Shown one piece after another: positions 9,096 through 17,609 of a stretch of DNA of 64,000 nucleotides. A model generated the notes under the pieces. That model was not told where the DNA came from and made no database searches. It saw nothing but the letters and a program-made list of their open reading frames with translations. The position numbers and the translations under genes are program-made. Numbering within the stretch: position 1 is the stretch's first letter; every line of letters begins with the position of its first letter. Source of the stretch: a bacterium (GTDB lineage: Bacteria; Krumholzibacteriota; Krumholzibacteriia; LZORAL124-64-63); the NCBI GenBank assembly GCA_031441465.1, contig JANOEP010000010.1, positions 96,001 through 160,000 of the forward strand, in the 5' to 3' direction.

Positions 9096-9752
9096 ATGAC
9101 CCACCCCGACGGCTCGCCGCCCGCCTGGCGCCTGCAGACGCTGGTGGTCGGCCCCCTGCAGATGAACGCCCAGCTGCTGTGCGCGCCCGCGACCGCCGAG
9201 GCGATCCTGGTCGATCCGGGCGACGATCCCGAACTCCTCTTGGACGCCGTGACGGACAGCGGCTGCCGGCTGGTCGCCCTGATCTGCACGCACGGGCACT
9301 TCGACCACGTGTCCGCCGCCGCCGCGATCCAGAAGGTCTGGGACCTGCCCCTGCTGCACCACCCCGACGAGGGGGCGCTGCTCGCCGGCCTCGCGGCCAG
9401 CCGTGCCGCCTACGGGTTCTCCACCGTGCCGGCGCCGCGCACCGCCCTGCTGCCCGGCGGCGCGCTGCCGTTCGCCGGCGACCGCCTGCGGATCGCCCAC
9501 GCGCCGGGCCACAGCCGCGGCCACGTCCTGTTCATCTGGGAGGGGAATGCCTTGGTCGGCGACGTGATCTTCGCGGGCTCGGTGGGACGGACGGATCTGC
9601 CGGGCGGCGATTTCGCCACGCTCGAGCGCAGCATCCGGCGCGAAGTGTACACCCTCGACGACGAGACCGTGCTCCATCCGGGGCACGGTCCCGATACCAC
9701 GGTCGGTCGCGAACGCCGTTCGAACCCCTTCGTGAACGACGCCGGCCGCTGA
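9096..9752 (+). CDS. MBL-fold metallo-hydrolase (glyoxalase II/YcbL-like)
   Basis: 'THGHFDH' (HxHxDH), 'PGHS', 'GDVIFAGSVGRTDLPGG', 'HPGHGPDTT'. Confidence 0.92.
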   Translation: MTHPDGSPPAWRLQTLVVGPLQMNAQLLCAPATAEAILVDPGDDPELLLDAVTDSGCRLVALICTHGHFDHVSAAAAIQKVWDLPLLHHPDEGALLAGLAASRAAYGFSTVPAPRTALLPGGALPFAGDRLRIAHAPGHSRGHVLFIWEGNALVGDVIFAGSVGRTDLPGGDFATLERSIRREVYTLDDETVLHPGHGPDTTVGRERRSNPFVNDAGR

Positions 9753-9764
9753 GGTGGCGCCGAT

Positions 9765-10604
9765 CTAGGGCTGCGGCGGCTGGGCGTTCAGCAGGTTGAT
9801 CTGCTCGAGCCGGTCGCTGCGCTTCTTCTCCAGCGTCTTGTGGCGGCGCATCAGCTCGCCCTTGATCCAGTCGCGGTAGAGGGAGGCCCCCAGGCAGCCG
9901 GAGTCGTAGGAGAAGATGCTGTTGAAGGCCGAGGGCGCCTCCTCGATCTTGATGTTGTTGGTGATCATGGTCTTGAACAGGTCGCCCTTGAAGTGGTTCT
10001 TCAGCTCCTTCTGCGCCTCCTTGTGGAGGTCCGTGCGCCCGTCCTTCATGGTCACCAGCACGCCGAGCACCTGCAGCCAGATGTTCTGGCGCTCCTGGAC
10101 GCGACTGATCAGGGCGCTGAGCTGGTGCATCGTCGAGACGGCCAAGCCGGTGCAGGGCGTCGGGATCAGCGCGTAGTCGGAGGCGACCAGGGCGTTCTGG
10201 GTCAGGATGCCGAGGTTCGGCGGCGTGTCGATGATGATCCAGCCGTAGGACGTGGACAGCGCCTGGGTGACCTTGATCAGCCGGTCGGTGAGCTGGGTGC
10301 GGGCCATGCTCTCCAGGGAGGGGTGGGACGGGATCACGTCGATGTTCTCGTCGAACACCGTCGAAGTGATGCCGTCCTGGGGCGTGATCGCGCGCCGCAG
10401 GACATCGAAGATCGAGCGCGCCGGCGGCTCCCCGTTCATCTTGCCCAGCAGCGCCGAGGAGGCGCAGCCGTGGGGGTCCATGTCGATGACCAGGCAACTC
10501 GACGTGATGTCGCTGTAGCGGGTCAGGCCCGCGGCCAGGTTCAGCGCCGTGGTGGTCTTGCCGGTGCCGCCCTTGTGGTTCACGACCGCGATGACGTTTC
10601 CCAT
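9765..10604 (-). CDS. ParA/Soj family ATPase (orphan, no adjacent parB)
   Basis: Deviant Walker A 'NHKGGTGKTT', 'IDMDPHG', 'IIIDTPPNLG', 'EEAPS'. ATG at 10604 after GGGAG. Confidence 0.9.
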   Translation of the reverse strand: MGNVIAVVNHKGGTGKTTTALNLAAGLTRYSDITSSCLVIDMDPHGCASSALLGKMNGEPPARSIFDVLRRAITPQDGITSTVFDENIDVIPSHPSLESMARTQLTDRLIKVTQALSTSYGWIIIDTPPNLGILTQNALVASDYALIPTPCTGLAVSTMHQLSALISRVQERQNIWLQVLGVLVTMKDGRTDLHKEAQKELKNHFKGDLFKTMITNNIKIEEAPSAFNSIFSYDSGCLGASLYRDWIKGELMRRHKTLEKKRSDRLEQINLLNAQPPQP

Positions 10605-10836
10605 GGAATCTCCCAACAGGTCGGGGCATCGAAGCTCCGGGAATCCGGAGTGAACCGTCAAAGATAATGATCCACGCTCATGAAGCAACCTGTATTCGGA
10701 TCGGCCCCTGCCGCCCCAACCGGTAATCGACTCTTAACTGAATGCACCGCAGCGCATTACATGATGAGTTTCACGAATTCGTTCCACTCCCGCGGGTGCG
10801 GGGCGATCCGCGATTACTTGCGCTATCATCTCAATT

Positions 10837-11601
10837 TCAAAAATGCGCCATCAACCTGGCGGTCATCGTCACCAGGTGCTGGGGACCGAACTCGCGGTAT
10901 TCGGCGCTGGGCGGGAAGCCCTGCTCCGCCGGTAGATCGTCCAGGGTGAACTGCTGGATGTGGTCGGCGAGGTCGAGGCCGAGGGACCAGCGGGGGCCCC
11001 CGCGGTACACGAACCCCGCCCCGAGCAGCGCGCCCGGCACGCTCTGGTCGGCCGCGGCGGCTGTGGCCCCGATCCCCGTGTAGGACAGGCCGGCTCGGAC
11101 CATGGGCTGCAGCCGGGTGTCGGTCAGGCGCTGTTCCCAGGCGAGGTCCAGCTGCACCACGTTCCAGCGGTCGTACAGCACCGGCGTGACGAACTGGGAG
11201 TCATTGGCCAGGGCGGCGGCGTCCATCCGCCCGGCCGTCAGGTCGAGGCGCAGCCAGCCCCGCGGGGTCACGCGCTTGGCGGCCGCGAGGCCGAAGGCCG
11301 CCGCCTCGTCCAGGGTCACGGTGAATCGTTTGGCGTTGAAGTCGGCGCCGCCGGCCGGCGGCGTCCAGGGTACCGTCAAGCTGTTCGCCACCTGGAACAG
11401 GTCCCCGCCCGCCAGCACGCCCGAAGCGATGCCGAAGCACCAGCCGGTCTCCCCGGTCGCCGCCGCCTCTTCGTCCGCGACCGCGGCGGTCCGACCGCTG
11501 ACGGCGCGCCGGGGCTGGTCCTGCGCCGTCGCGACGCCGGCCGCCGACAGGGCCAGCACCAGGATGGAGGCGGTCAGGCGGTGGCGGTGGGTCCCGGTCA
11601 T
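10837..11601 (-). CDS. Outer-membrane beta-barrel protein (small, OmpA/OmpW-like)
   Basis: Signal peptide '...ILVLALSAAGVATA', alternating amphipathic strands, C-terminal Phe ('ARLMAHF'). Start could instead be GTG at 11619. Confidence 0.7.
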   Translation of the reverse strand: MTGTHRHRLTASILVLALSAAGVATAQDQPRRAVSGRTAAVADEEAAATGETGWCFGIASGVLAGGDLFQVANSLTVPWTPPAGGADFNAKRFTVTLDEAAAFGLAAAKRVTPRGWLRLDLTAGRMDAAALANDSQFVTPVLYDRWNVVQLDLAWEQRLTDTRLQPMVRAGLSYTGIGATAAAADQSVPGALLGAGFVYRGGPRWSLGLDLADHIQQFTLDDLPAEQGFPPSAEYREFGPQHLVTMTARLMAHF

Positions 11602-11615
11602 GACGCGGACCCCGG

Positions 11616-12383
11616 TCACGATTTGGGCTCCTCGATCTTGGGCGCGAAGTGCCGGAAGAGGTCGATCGGCACCGGGAAGATCGTCGTCGAGTTGTTCTCG
11701 CGGGCGATCTCGCTCAGGGTCTGCAAGTAGCGCAGGATGATCGCCGAGGGGTCGCTCGAGATGACGACGGCGGCCTCGGCGAGCTTCTTGCTGGCCTGGA
11801 ACTCGCCGTCGGCGTGGATGACCTTCGACCGGCGCTCGCGCTCGGCTTCCGCCTGGCGGGCCATGGCGCGCCGCATCTCCTGGGGCAGGTCGACGTCCTT
11901 GATCTCGACGGTGCCGACCTCGATGCCCCAGGGCTCGGTCGCGTGGTCGATGATCTCCCGGATCTGCAGGTTGAGCTTGTTGCGCTCGGACAGCAGGTCG
12001 TCCATCTCGACCTGGCCCATGACGCTGCGCAGGGTCGTCTGGGCGACCTGCGAGGTGGCGTACAGGTAGTCCTCGACGCCGATGATGGCCTTCTCCGGCG
12101 AGACCACCTTGAAGTAGATGACGGCGTTCACCTTGACCGAGACGTTGTCCTTGGTGATCACGTCCTGCGGCGGCACGTCCATGGGCACGATGCGCAGGCT
12201 GACCTTTACCATCCGGTCGACCAGCGGGATCAGCAGGATGAGGCCCGGGCCCTTGACGCGCTGCAGGCGGCCCAGCCGGAAGATCACTCCCCGCTCGTAC
12301 TCGCGCAGCACGCGCAGCGAGTTGGCCAGCACGAAGACCAGCAGCAGCAGGACGGGCACGAAGGAGATGGTCAGGTACTGCAT
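11616..12383 (-). CDS. SPFH/band-7 (slipin/stomatin-like) membrane protein
   Basis: N-terminal TM, '[12 protein letters not shown]', '[12 protein letters not shown]', 'QDVITKDNV', '[10 protein letters not shown]', 'QAEAERERR'. Confidence 0.95.
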   Translation of the reverse strand: MQYLTISFVPVLLLLVFVLANSLRVLREYERGVIFRLGRLQRVKGPGLILLIPLVDRMVKVSLRIVPMDVPPQDVITKDNVSVKVNAVIYFKVVSPEKAIIGVEDYLYATSQVAQTTLRSVMGQVEMDDLLSERNKLNLQIREIIDHATEPWGIEVGTVEIKDVDLPQEMRRAMARQAEAERERRSKVIHADGEFQASKKLAEAAVVISSDPSAIILRYLQTLSEIARENNSTTIFPVPIDLFRHFAPKIEEPKS

Positions 12384-12547
12384 CGGGAGCCTCCGGATTC
12401 AGGCGGGATCTCGGAACGAATCGGCCTCCAGCCCGGCCGGCGGGCCGCGAGCGGCAGGCCCGGACACAAGCCTGCCGCCTCGAGGACCGCGGCGGCAGGG
12501 CGAGTCGGGATCGCGGCGAACTTCGCCGCGAACTTCGCGACGGACGG

Positions 12548-13321
12548 TCAGCGCCCCGGGCTGCGGCCTTGGCTGTCCGCATCAAGGTACGCGATACCGC
12601 GGGCGGCGAGCAACGCCTTTAGTGTCGTGTTCTCTCCCCGCAGGCCGATGATGCCGCTGCGCAGGCGGGCGTTCTCGGCGCGCAGGGCGGCGACGTCGTC
12701 GAAGCCGGCCAGCATGCCGGGCGCCAGGGAGACCGGCTGCAGGCGCTCACCCGTGCGCGTGCGTTCGGACAGGAGGCCCTGGCTGACCGGACGGCCGAGG
12801 AAGCCGCCGCCGAGCTGCACGTTGCGGGTGCGGTTGCCGGTCAAGGGCAGGCGGTCCGAGAGGTCGGTCACCAGGCGCGCGGACGAGGTCGGCGTGACGG
12901 TCGTCGCCGTGGCCGCGGCCACGGTCGCCGCCGGGCCGGCGGCCGGCGACACGGCGCGCGGACCATCGGGCCAGATCAGCACGGCCACCAGCGCGGTCAC
13001 GGCCACGCCCGCCAGCGAGGAGGCCGCGAAGCCCCGCCACCAACCGACGGCGTTGCGGGGCGCGTCCTCCCAGGGCACGGTCCTGGTCGCGGCGGCCTCC
13101 TGCAGGGCGCGGTTGAGCCGCAGCTGGAGTTTCCACTCGAAGGAATCGGTGGGCACGTCGGCGGTCGCCCGCAGCAGGCGCCGGCCGAGGCCGAGTTCGG
13201 CCCGGTGTTCGCGGCAGGCGCCGCAGCGGCCGAGGTGCTCCTCGATCGCCGGCGTCTTTTCGGCGGGCAGCCTCCCGTCCATTTCCTGACTGATCAACCG
13301 TCGTGCCGTGTAGCAAAACAT
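12548..13321 (-). CDS. Zinc-finger (zf-HC2/ZAS) transmembrane anti-sigma factor
   Basis: N-terminal C...HLGRCGAC (Hx3Cx2C), one TM, C-terminal coiled coil. Directly downstream of an ECF sigma. Confidence 0.85.
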   Translation of the reverse strand: MFCYTARRLISQEMDGRLPAEKTPAIEEHLGRCGACREHRAELGLGRRLLRATADVPTDSFEWKLQLRLNRALQEAAATRTVPWEDAPRNAVGWWRGFAASSLAGVAVTALVAVLIWPDGPRAVSPAAGPAATVAAATATTVTPTSSARLVTDLSDRLPLTGNRTRNVQLGGGFLGRPVSQGLLSERTRTGERLQPVSLAPGMLAGFDDVAALRAENARLRSGIIGLRGENTTLKALLAARGIAYLDADSQGRSPGR

Positions 13322-13343
13322 GGGGATGTCCTCCTCGACGTCG

Positions 13344-14036
13344 TCACGCGTCCTGTTCGTCCTGTTCCATCCGGGCCTCGAGGAGCTCGAGTTCGGCGAG
13401 CAGATCCTCGTTGCGCAACAAGGGCTTGATGTTCTGCCGGAAACGGGTCCGCGCGCGGTTGATGCGCGAGCGCACGGTGCCGAGCTTCAGGCCGGTGACC
13501 TGCTGGATCTCCTCGTAGGACAGCTGTTCCACTTCGCGCAGCAGGAACGGGACCCGGTAACGCTCCGGGATGCGGCTGGTCGCTTCGGCGATCAACTGGC
13601 CCAATTCCCGTCCCTCGAGTTCGCGCGTGGGGTCGGCCAGGGGATCGGCCGGGTCCAGCGGGATGTCGTCGTCGCTCTCGGGCGCGGGATCGAGCACGAG
13701 CATCTTCGGCTGCCGCTTCTGCTTGCGGACCCGGTTGCGCACCAGGTTGGTGGCGATGGTGAACAGCCAGGTGGAGAAGCGTGCGATCTCGCGGTACTTG
13801 TCCGCGTGGATGTAGGCGCGGATCAGCGTGTCCTGGGCGAGTTCTTCCGCCTCGACGGGGTCCCCCACCATCCGCAGGATGAAGCTGTACAGGCGACCCC
13901 GATAGCGGCGGACCAGCTCGTCGTAGGCCCGCTTCTGACCCTGCTGCACGAGCGCGATCAGGTCCTCGTCGCGCTGCGCGGTCCAGGCGAGCGGACCGTG
14001 ACGGCCGGGATCGGGATGTTTGTCGTTCAAGAACAC
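13344..14036 (-). CDS. ECF RNA polymerase sigma factor (RpoE/SigW-like)
   Basis: Region 2 'EAEELAQDTLIRAY...FSTWLFTIATN' and region 4 'LSYEEIQQVTGLKLGTVRSRINRAR'. GTG at 14036 chosen for its AGGAG RBS and the upstream ECF-type promoter; the longest ORF starts at 14132. Confidence 0.92.
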   Translation of the reverse strand: MFLNDKHPDPGRHGPLAWTAQRDEDLIALVQQGQKRAYDELVRRYRGRLYSFILRMVGDPVEAEELAQDTLIRAYIHADKYREIARFSTWLFTIATNLVRNRVRKQKRQPKMLVLDPAPESDDDIPLDPADPLADPTRELEGRELGQLIAEATSRIPERYRVPFLLREVEQLSYEEIQQVTGLKLGTVRSRINRARTRFRQNIKPLLRNEDLLAELELLEARMEQDEQDA

Positions 14037-14080
14037 CTGATCGCTCCTGGCAGCGGGGGTGGTGTCGTCTGCGGCGGGGT

Positions 14081-14107
14081 CAACACCGGGACTGGGGCGC
14101 AGGTTCC
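14081..14107 (-). promoter_or_regulatory. Candidate autoregulatory ECF promoter
   Basis: GGAAC (14107-14103), 18 bp, GTTG (14084-14081), a typical ECF AAC/GTT pattern ~45 bp upstream of the GTG start. Confidence 0.55.
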
Positions 14108-14128
14108 CGTCGGGATCGTCGGGGCGGC

Positions 14129-14911
14129 TCATCGGTCGTCGCTTTCAGCCAGGACTTCGCCCAGGGGCCACAGGGGCAGCACCACTTCGAGGGGATCCCC
14201 CCAACGGACCGCGCCTTGCGGCGGGCCCAGTTCGAGGGTCGCCGCGAGCCGTGACGCCTCCAGGCGGGCGCCGCCGTCAGGACCAGCGCCCACGCGCCAG
14301 CCTTCGCCGGCGCCGCCGCGCCCGAGTCCCCGGCAGGCGAGGTCGTGCGCGAGCGGTGCCGCACCGTCGTCGTCCGCCGGCCAGACGAGCAGGAGCGGCG
14401 CCGCAGCAGGTGCGCGGGTTTCCCAGGGAACACGCCGGCCAAGGTCGCGATCTCCGGCTCGTTGCCGCCACACCGCCGGCGCGACCGCCGCGCGTGTCGG
14501 ATCGCCGCCGTTGACTGCCAGCGCGAGCAGCACGGTGAGCCGGTCGGCCTGAGCCGGCTCGAGCGTGCGCAGGGGGCCGTCCCAGGCCTGCATCACGACC
14601 GATCCGTCGCCGGGCGCGACCGCCGTCCAGCCCTCCCCCAGACGCCCGAGGGCCGCCGCTGCCGTGCCGGTGTCGGGGTCGTCGGGCGCCGCCAGCGCCA
14701 CGTCGAGGCGCCAGGCGCCGTCGGGGCAGCGCACCCAGGCCGCGGTCCCGGCGGCATCGCCGAGCAGGGCCTCGACCCGCCACGGCGCGACATAGGATTG
14801 CAGGGCGCAGGCCGCCGGTTCCGGCTCTGCGGCGAGGGTCACCGCCGACCAGGACGCGCCGGCCAACCCGACCGCCAGGCCGACGAGGAGCGGCTGCCGG
14901 CGCCGCCTCAC
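14129..14911 (-). CDS. Hypothetical exported protein
   Basis: GTG overlaps the TPR gene stop (GTGA). Basic N-terminus plus hydrophobic signal 'RRRRQPLLVGLAVGLAGASWSAVTLA'. No recognisable motif. Confidence 0.55.
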   Translation of the reverse strand: MRRRRQPLLVGLAVGLAGASWSAVTLAAEPEPAACALQSYVAPWRVEALLGDAAGTAAWVRCPDGAWRLDVALAAPDDPDTGTAAAALGRLGEGWTAVAPGDGSVVMQAWDGPLRTLEPAQADRLTVLLALAVNGGDPTRAAVAPAVWRQRAGDRDLGRRVPWETRAPAAAPLLLVWPADDDGAAPLAHDLACRGLGRGGAGEGWRVGAGPDGGARLEASRLAATLELGPPQGAVRWGDPLEVVLPLWPLGEVLAESDDR

Positions 14912-16731
14912 CGCTCGCCGCCGGCGCCGTCGGCCGGCTGGAGGTCCTTCAGGACCTTTTCCAGGTTCTCGCTGTCGCCGCCGACCGCCTTCGCGCGCAG
15001 GAACACTTCGTAGGCGCGGTCGTGACGGCCCAGGGACAGCAGCACCATGCCGAGGTGCTCGAGGATCACCGGATCCTCCGGCAGCGCGTTGGTGGCGCGG
15101 ACGAGGTAGTCGAAGGCGTCCACGGGTTGCCCCTGGCGGTGCAGGAGCCAGCCCAGGGAATCCAGGTAGGCGGGGTTGTCGGGCTCGCTCTTCAGGGCGG
15201 CGCGGATCAGGCCCTCCGCGCGCGGCAGCTCCTGGCCGTGGTCGGCGAGCGTGTAGCCCAGGGCGTTCTGGATGACGTGGTCGTCGGGGTGGTCGGTGAG
15301 CAGGGATTCCAGGGCCGCCACCGCCGCTTCGGGGCGGTTCGTTTCCTCGCAGGCCAGCGACAGGTTCAGCAGCGCGTTGCGCCGCAGGTCGGGATCCTCG
15401 GCGGCGCGCTCGTAGTAGGGGATCGCCGTCTCGTGGTCGCCGAGTCCCTGGTAGGTCGCGCCGAGCATCATCCGGACGGTGAGCGGCGCGCTCTCGTCCA
15501 GCATCGCCGCCGCCCGGTCGGCCAGTTCCTTCACCTCGCGCACCGGCGCCTCGCCGTCGCCGTCGGCGACGTGACCGGTGAACAGCTCCGGGTGGCGGCG
15601 GCTGAGGATGGAGATGAGCGCCAGCAGGTTGTCGGGATCGTCGGCGCCGAGCGCCACCGCGCGTCGGATCTCGACCTCCCCCGCCGCGAGGTCGTCGCGG
15701 CCGGCGAGGAATTCGCCGAGGAACAGGTGCGGCCGCGCGGCCTCGGGCCAGCGCGCCGCGATCTCGCGCGCGAGGGCGATCGCGCGATCCCAGTCGTCGG
15801 CGCGCGCGCGCAGCCGGCTCAGCTGCAGCGCCGCACCGAGGTCCAGGGCGTCCCGCTCCCACATGGGCTGCAACAGGGCGATGGCCGCCGCTTCGCGACC
15901 GGCCTGGGCGATCATGCCCGCGGTGAGTTCCACCCAGATCCGGGTCGTTCCCGCCGCGGACAAGAGGCTGTCGCCGGCGACCGCGACGGACATGGCGTCG
16001 TCGTCGCGAGCGTTGTCCACGAGGTGCTGGATCCGGCCCAGCCGCAGCGACCGCGACCCCGGTTTGGCGGCGAGTCCCTCGGTCCACAGCGCCGCGGCCT
16101 CCTCGGGCCGGTTGAGCAGGGACGCGAGTTCGGCCATCGCCCCGTAGATCCGTTCCTGGTGGGCGGGATGGCGCGGCAGCGCCTGCCGGTACGCCGCCAT
16201 GGCCTCCGCCCAGGCGTGCGTGCGCAGCAGGATTTCCGCCTCGACCAGATCCAGGCGGGTCGAGTCGGGATGAGCGAGACGGCAGCCGTCCAGGGCCTCG
16301 CGTGCGTCAGCGAAGCGCTCCTGGGCCACGTTCAGACCGATGAACCGCTCCCAGCCCTCGTAGGAATCGGGATGATCGCGCACGATCCGCCGCGCGACGT
16401 CCGTCGCGTCGCGCAGGTAGCCGATCTCCTGCAGCACGTCGCGGTAAGTGCGGGCGAAGGTCAGCTCGTCCGGGCTCATCCGGTACGCCTGCGCCAGGAA
16501 GGGCAGCGCCCCAGCCAGATCGCCCTCGGCCAGCAGCGTCGAGCCGACCATGTAACCCGTGGCCGCGCCCTGGGGGATGGGATCGAGTTCCGCCCCGCCC
16601 GGTTCGGCGCCCGTGCTGTCCGCAGCGGCGGCGGCCGGGAGCGAAGACTTGGGCACCACGGCGCCGGCGACGAAGGGCCAGGCAGCCACGGTGAGGAACA
16701 GGGCGGCGAAAATCGGCGCGCGTCGCGACAA
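14908..16731 (-). CDS. Exported tetratricopeptide-repeat protein
   Basis: Signal peptide and many TPR-like helices. C-terminal 'NALGYTLAD...PDNPAYLDSLGW...ILEHLG' typical of periplasmic TPR proteins. Confidence 0.88.
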   Translation of the reverse strand: MSRRAPIFAALFLTVAAWPFVAGAVVPKSSLPAAAAADSTGAEPGGAELDPIPQGAATGYMVGSTLLAEGDLAGALPFLAQAYRMSPDELTFARTYRDVLQEIGYLRDATDVARRIVRDHPDSYEGWERFIGLNVAQERFADAREALDGCRLAHPDSTRLDLVEAEILLRTHAWAEAMAAYRQALPRHPAHQERIYGAMAELASLLNRPEEAAALWTEGLAAKPGSRSLRLGRIQHLVDNARDDDAMSVAVAGDSLLSAAGTTRIWVELTAGMIAQAGREAAAIALLQPMWERDALDLGAALQLSRLRARADDWDRAIALAREIAARWPEAARPHLFLGEFLAGRDDLAAGEVEIRRAVALGADDPDNLLALISILSRRHPELFTGHVADGDGEAPVREVKELADRAAAMLDESAPLTVRMMLGATYQGLGDHETAIPYYERAAEDPDLRRNALLNLSLACEETNRPEAAVAALESLLTDHPDDHVIQNALGYTLADHGQELPRAEGLIRAALKSEPDNPAYLDSLGWLLHRQGQPVDAFDYLVRATNALPEDPVILEHLGMVLLSLGRHDRAYEVFLRAKAVGGDSENLEKVLKDLQPADGAGGER

Positions 16732-16746
16732 GAGCGCTCCTTTGCT

Positions 16747-17586
16747 TCAGGATCCGGGACCCGGCACCGCGGTGAGCAACGACGGTTCCTGCGCCAGACG
16801 CTGCAGCGCGCAACCGGCCGCCTGCTGTTCGGCGCTCTTCTTGTTCGCGCCCCGGCCGACACCCAGCACCCGGTCACCGAACAGGACTTCCACCGTGAAG
16901 ACGCGCTCATGGTCGGGGCCCGTCGTCTCCAGGACCCGGTAGCGCGGCGGCACGCGGTGGCGGGCCTGGACGATCTCCTGCAGGCGGCTCTTGTCGTTGG
17001 CCAGCGCGCGGTGCTCCAGGATCTCGTCGGCGTGGTCGAACAGCCAGCGCTCGATGACGCCCTGGGCCGCTTCGAGACCGCCGTCGAGGTAGACCGCGCC
17101 GATGATCGCCTCGACGGCGTCGGCCAGGATGCTGTCGCGGTCGCGGCCGCCGGTGGCGGCCTCGCCGCGGCTCATCAGGATATGGTCGCCCAGTTCGAGG
17201 CGCTGCGCCACCCGGGCCAGGCTCGCCCCGCAGACGAGTTTCGACTTCAGGCGCGTCAGGTCGCCTTCCTCGAGGTCCGTGTATTCCAGGTAGAGGTAGG
17301 CGTTGGTGACAAGGCCGAGAACGGCGTCGCCGAGAAATTCGAGGCGTTCGTTGGCCTCGATGCGCTCGTCGCCGTAGGCGTGGAGGTGGGAGCGGTGGAC
17401 CAGGGCCTGGCCCAGCAGGCAGGGATCATGGAAACGGTACGACAGCATGGTCTCGACGGCGGCGGCGGCCAGCCGGCGCGATTCGGCGTCCGCGCGCGCC
17501 GGGGCCTCGCCCGCGTCGCGGCGCGGCGCACGGCCGCGCCGCGCGCCCGCGATCAACCTGGAAAAAAACCCTCGCCACGCGGCCAT
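16747..17586 (-). CDS. rnc: Ribonuclease III
   Basis: Signature 'NERLEFLGDAVLGL', 'ADAVEAIIGAVYLDGG', dsRBD 'KSRLQE...GPDHERVF...KKSAEQQAA'. ATG at 17586 after GGAGG. Confidence 0.96.
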   Translation of the reverse strand: MAAWRGFFSRLIAGARRGRAPRRDAGEAPARADAESRRLAAAAVETMLSYRFHDPCLLGQALVHRSHLHAYGDERIEANERLEFLGDAVLGLVTNAYLYLEYTDLEEGDLTRLKSKLVCGASLARVAQRLELGDHILMSRGEAATGGRDRDSILADAVEAIIGAVYLDGGLEAAQGVIERWLFDHADEILEHRALANDKSRLQEIVQARHRVPPRYRVLETTGPDHERVFTVEVLFGDRVLGVGRGANKKSAEQQAAGCALQRLAQEPSLLTAVPGPGS

Positions 17587-17609
17587 GGCGCCTCCCCGGC
17601 CGGTGGGGG

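Noticed and set aside
9096..9752. Metallo-beta-lactamase resistance gene
   Set aside because: No signal peptide; motifs match the cytoplasmic glyoxalase II/YcbL group.
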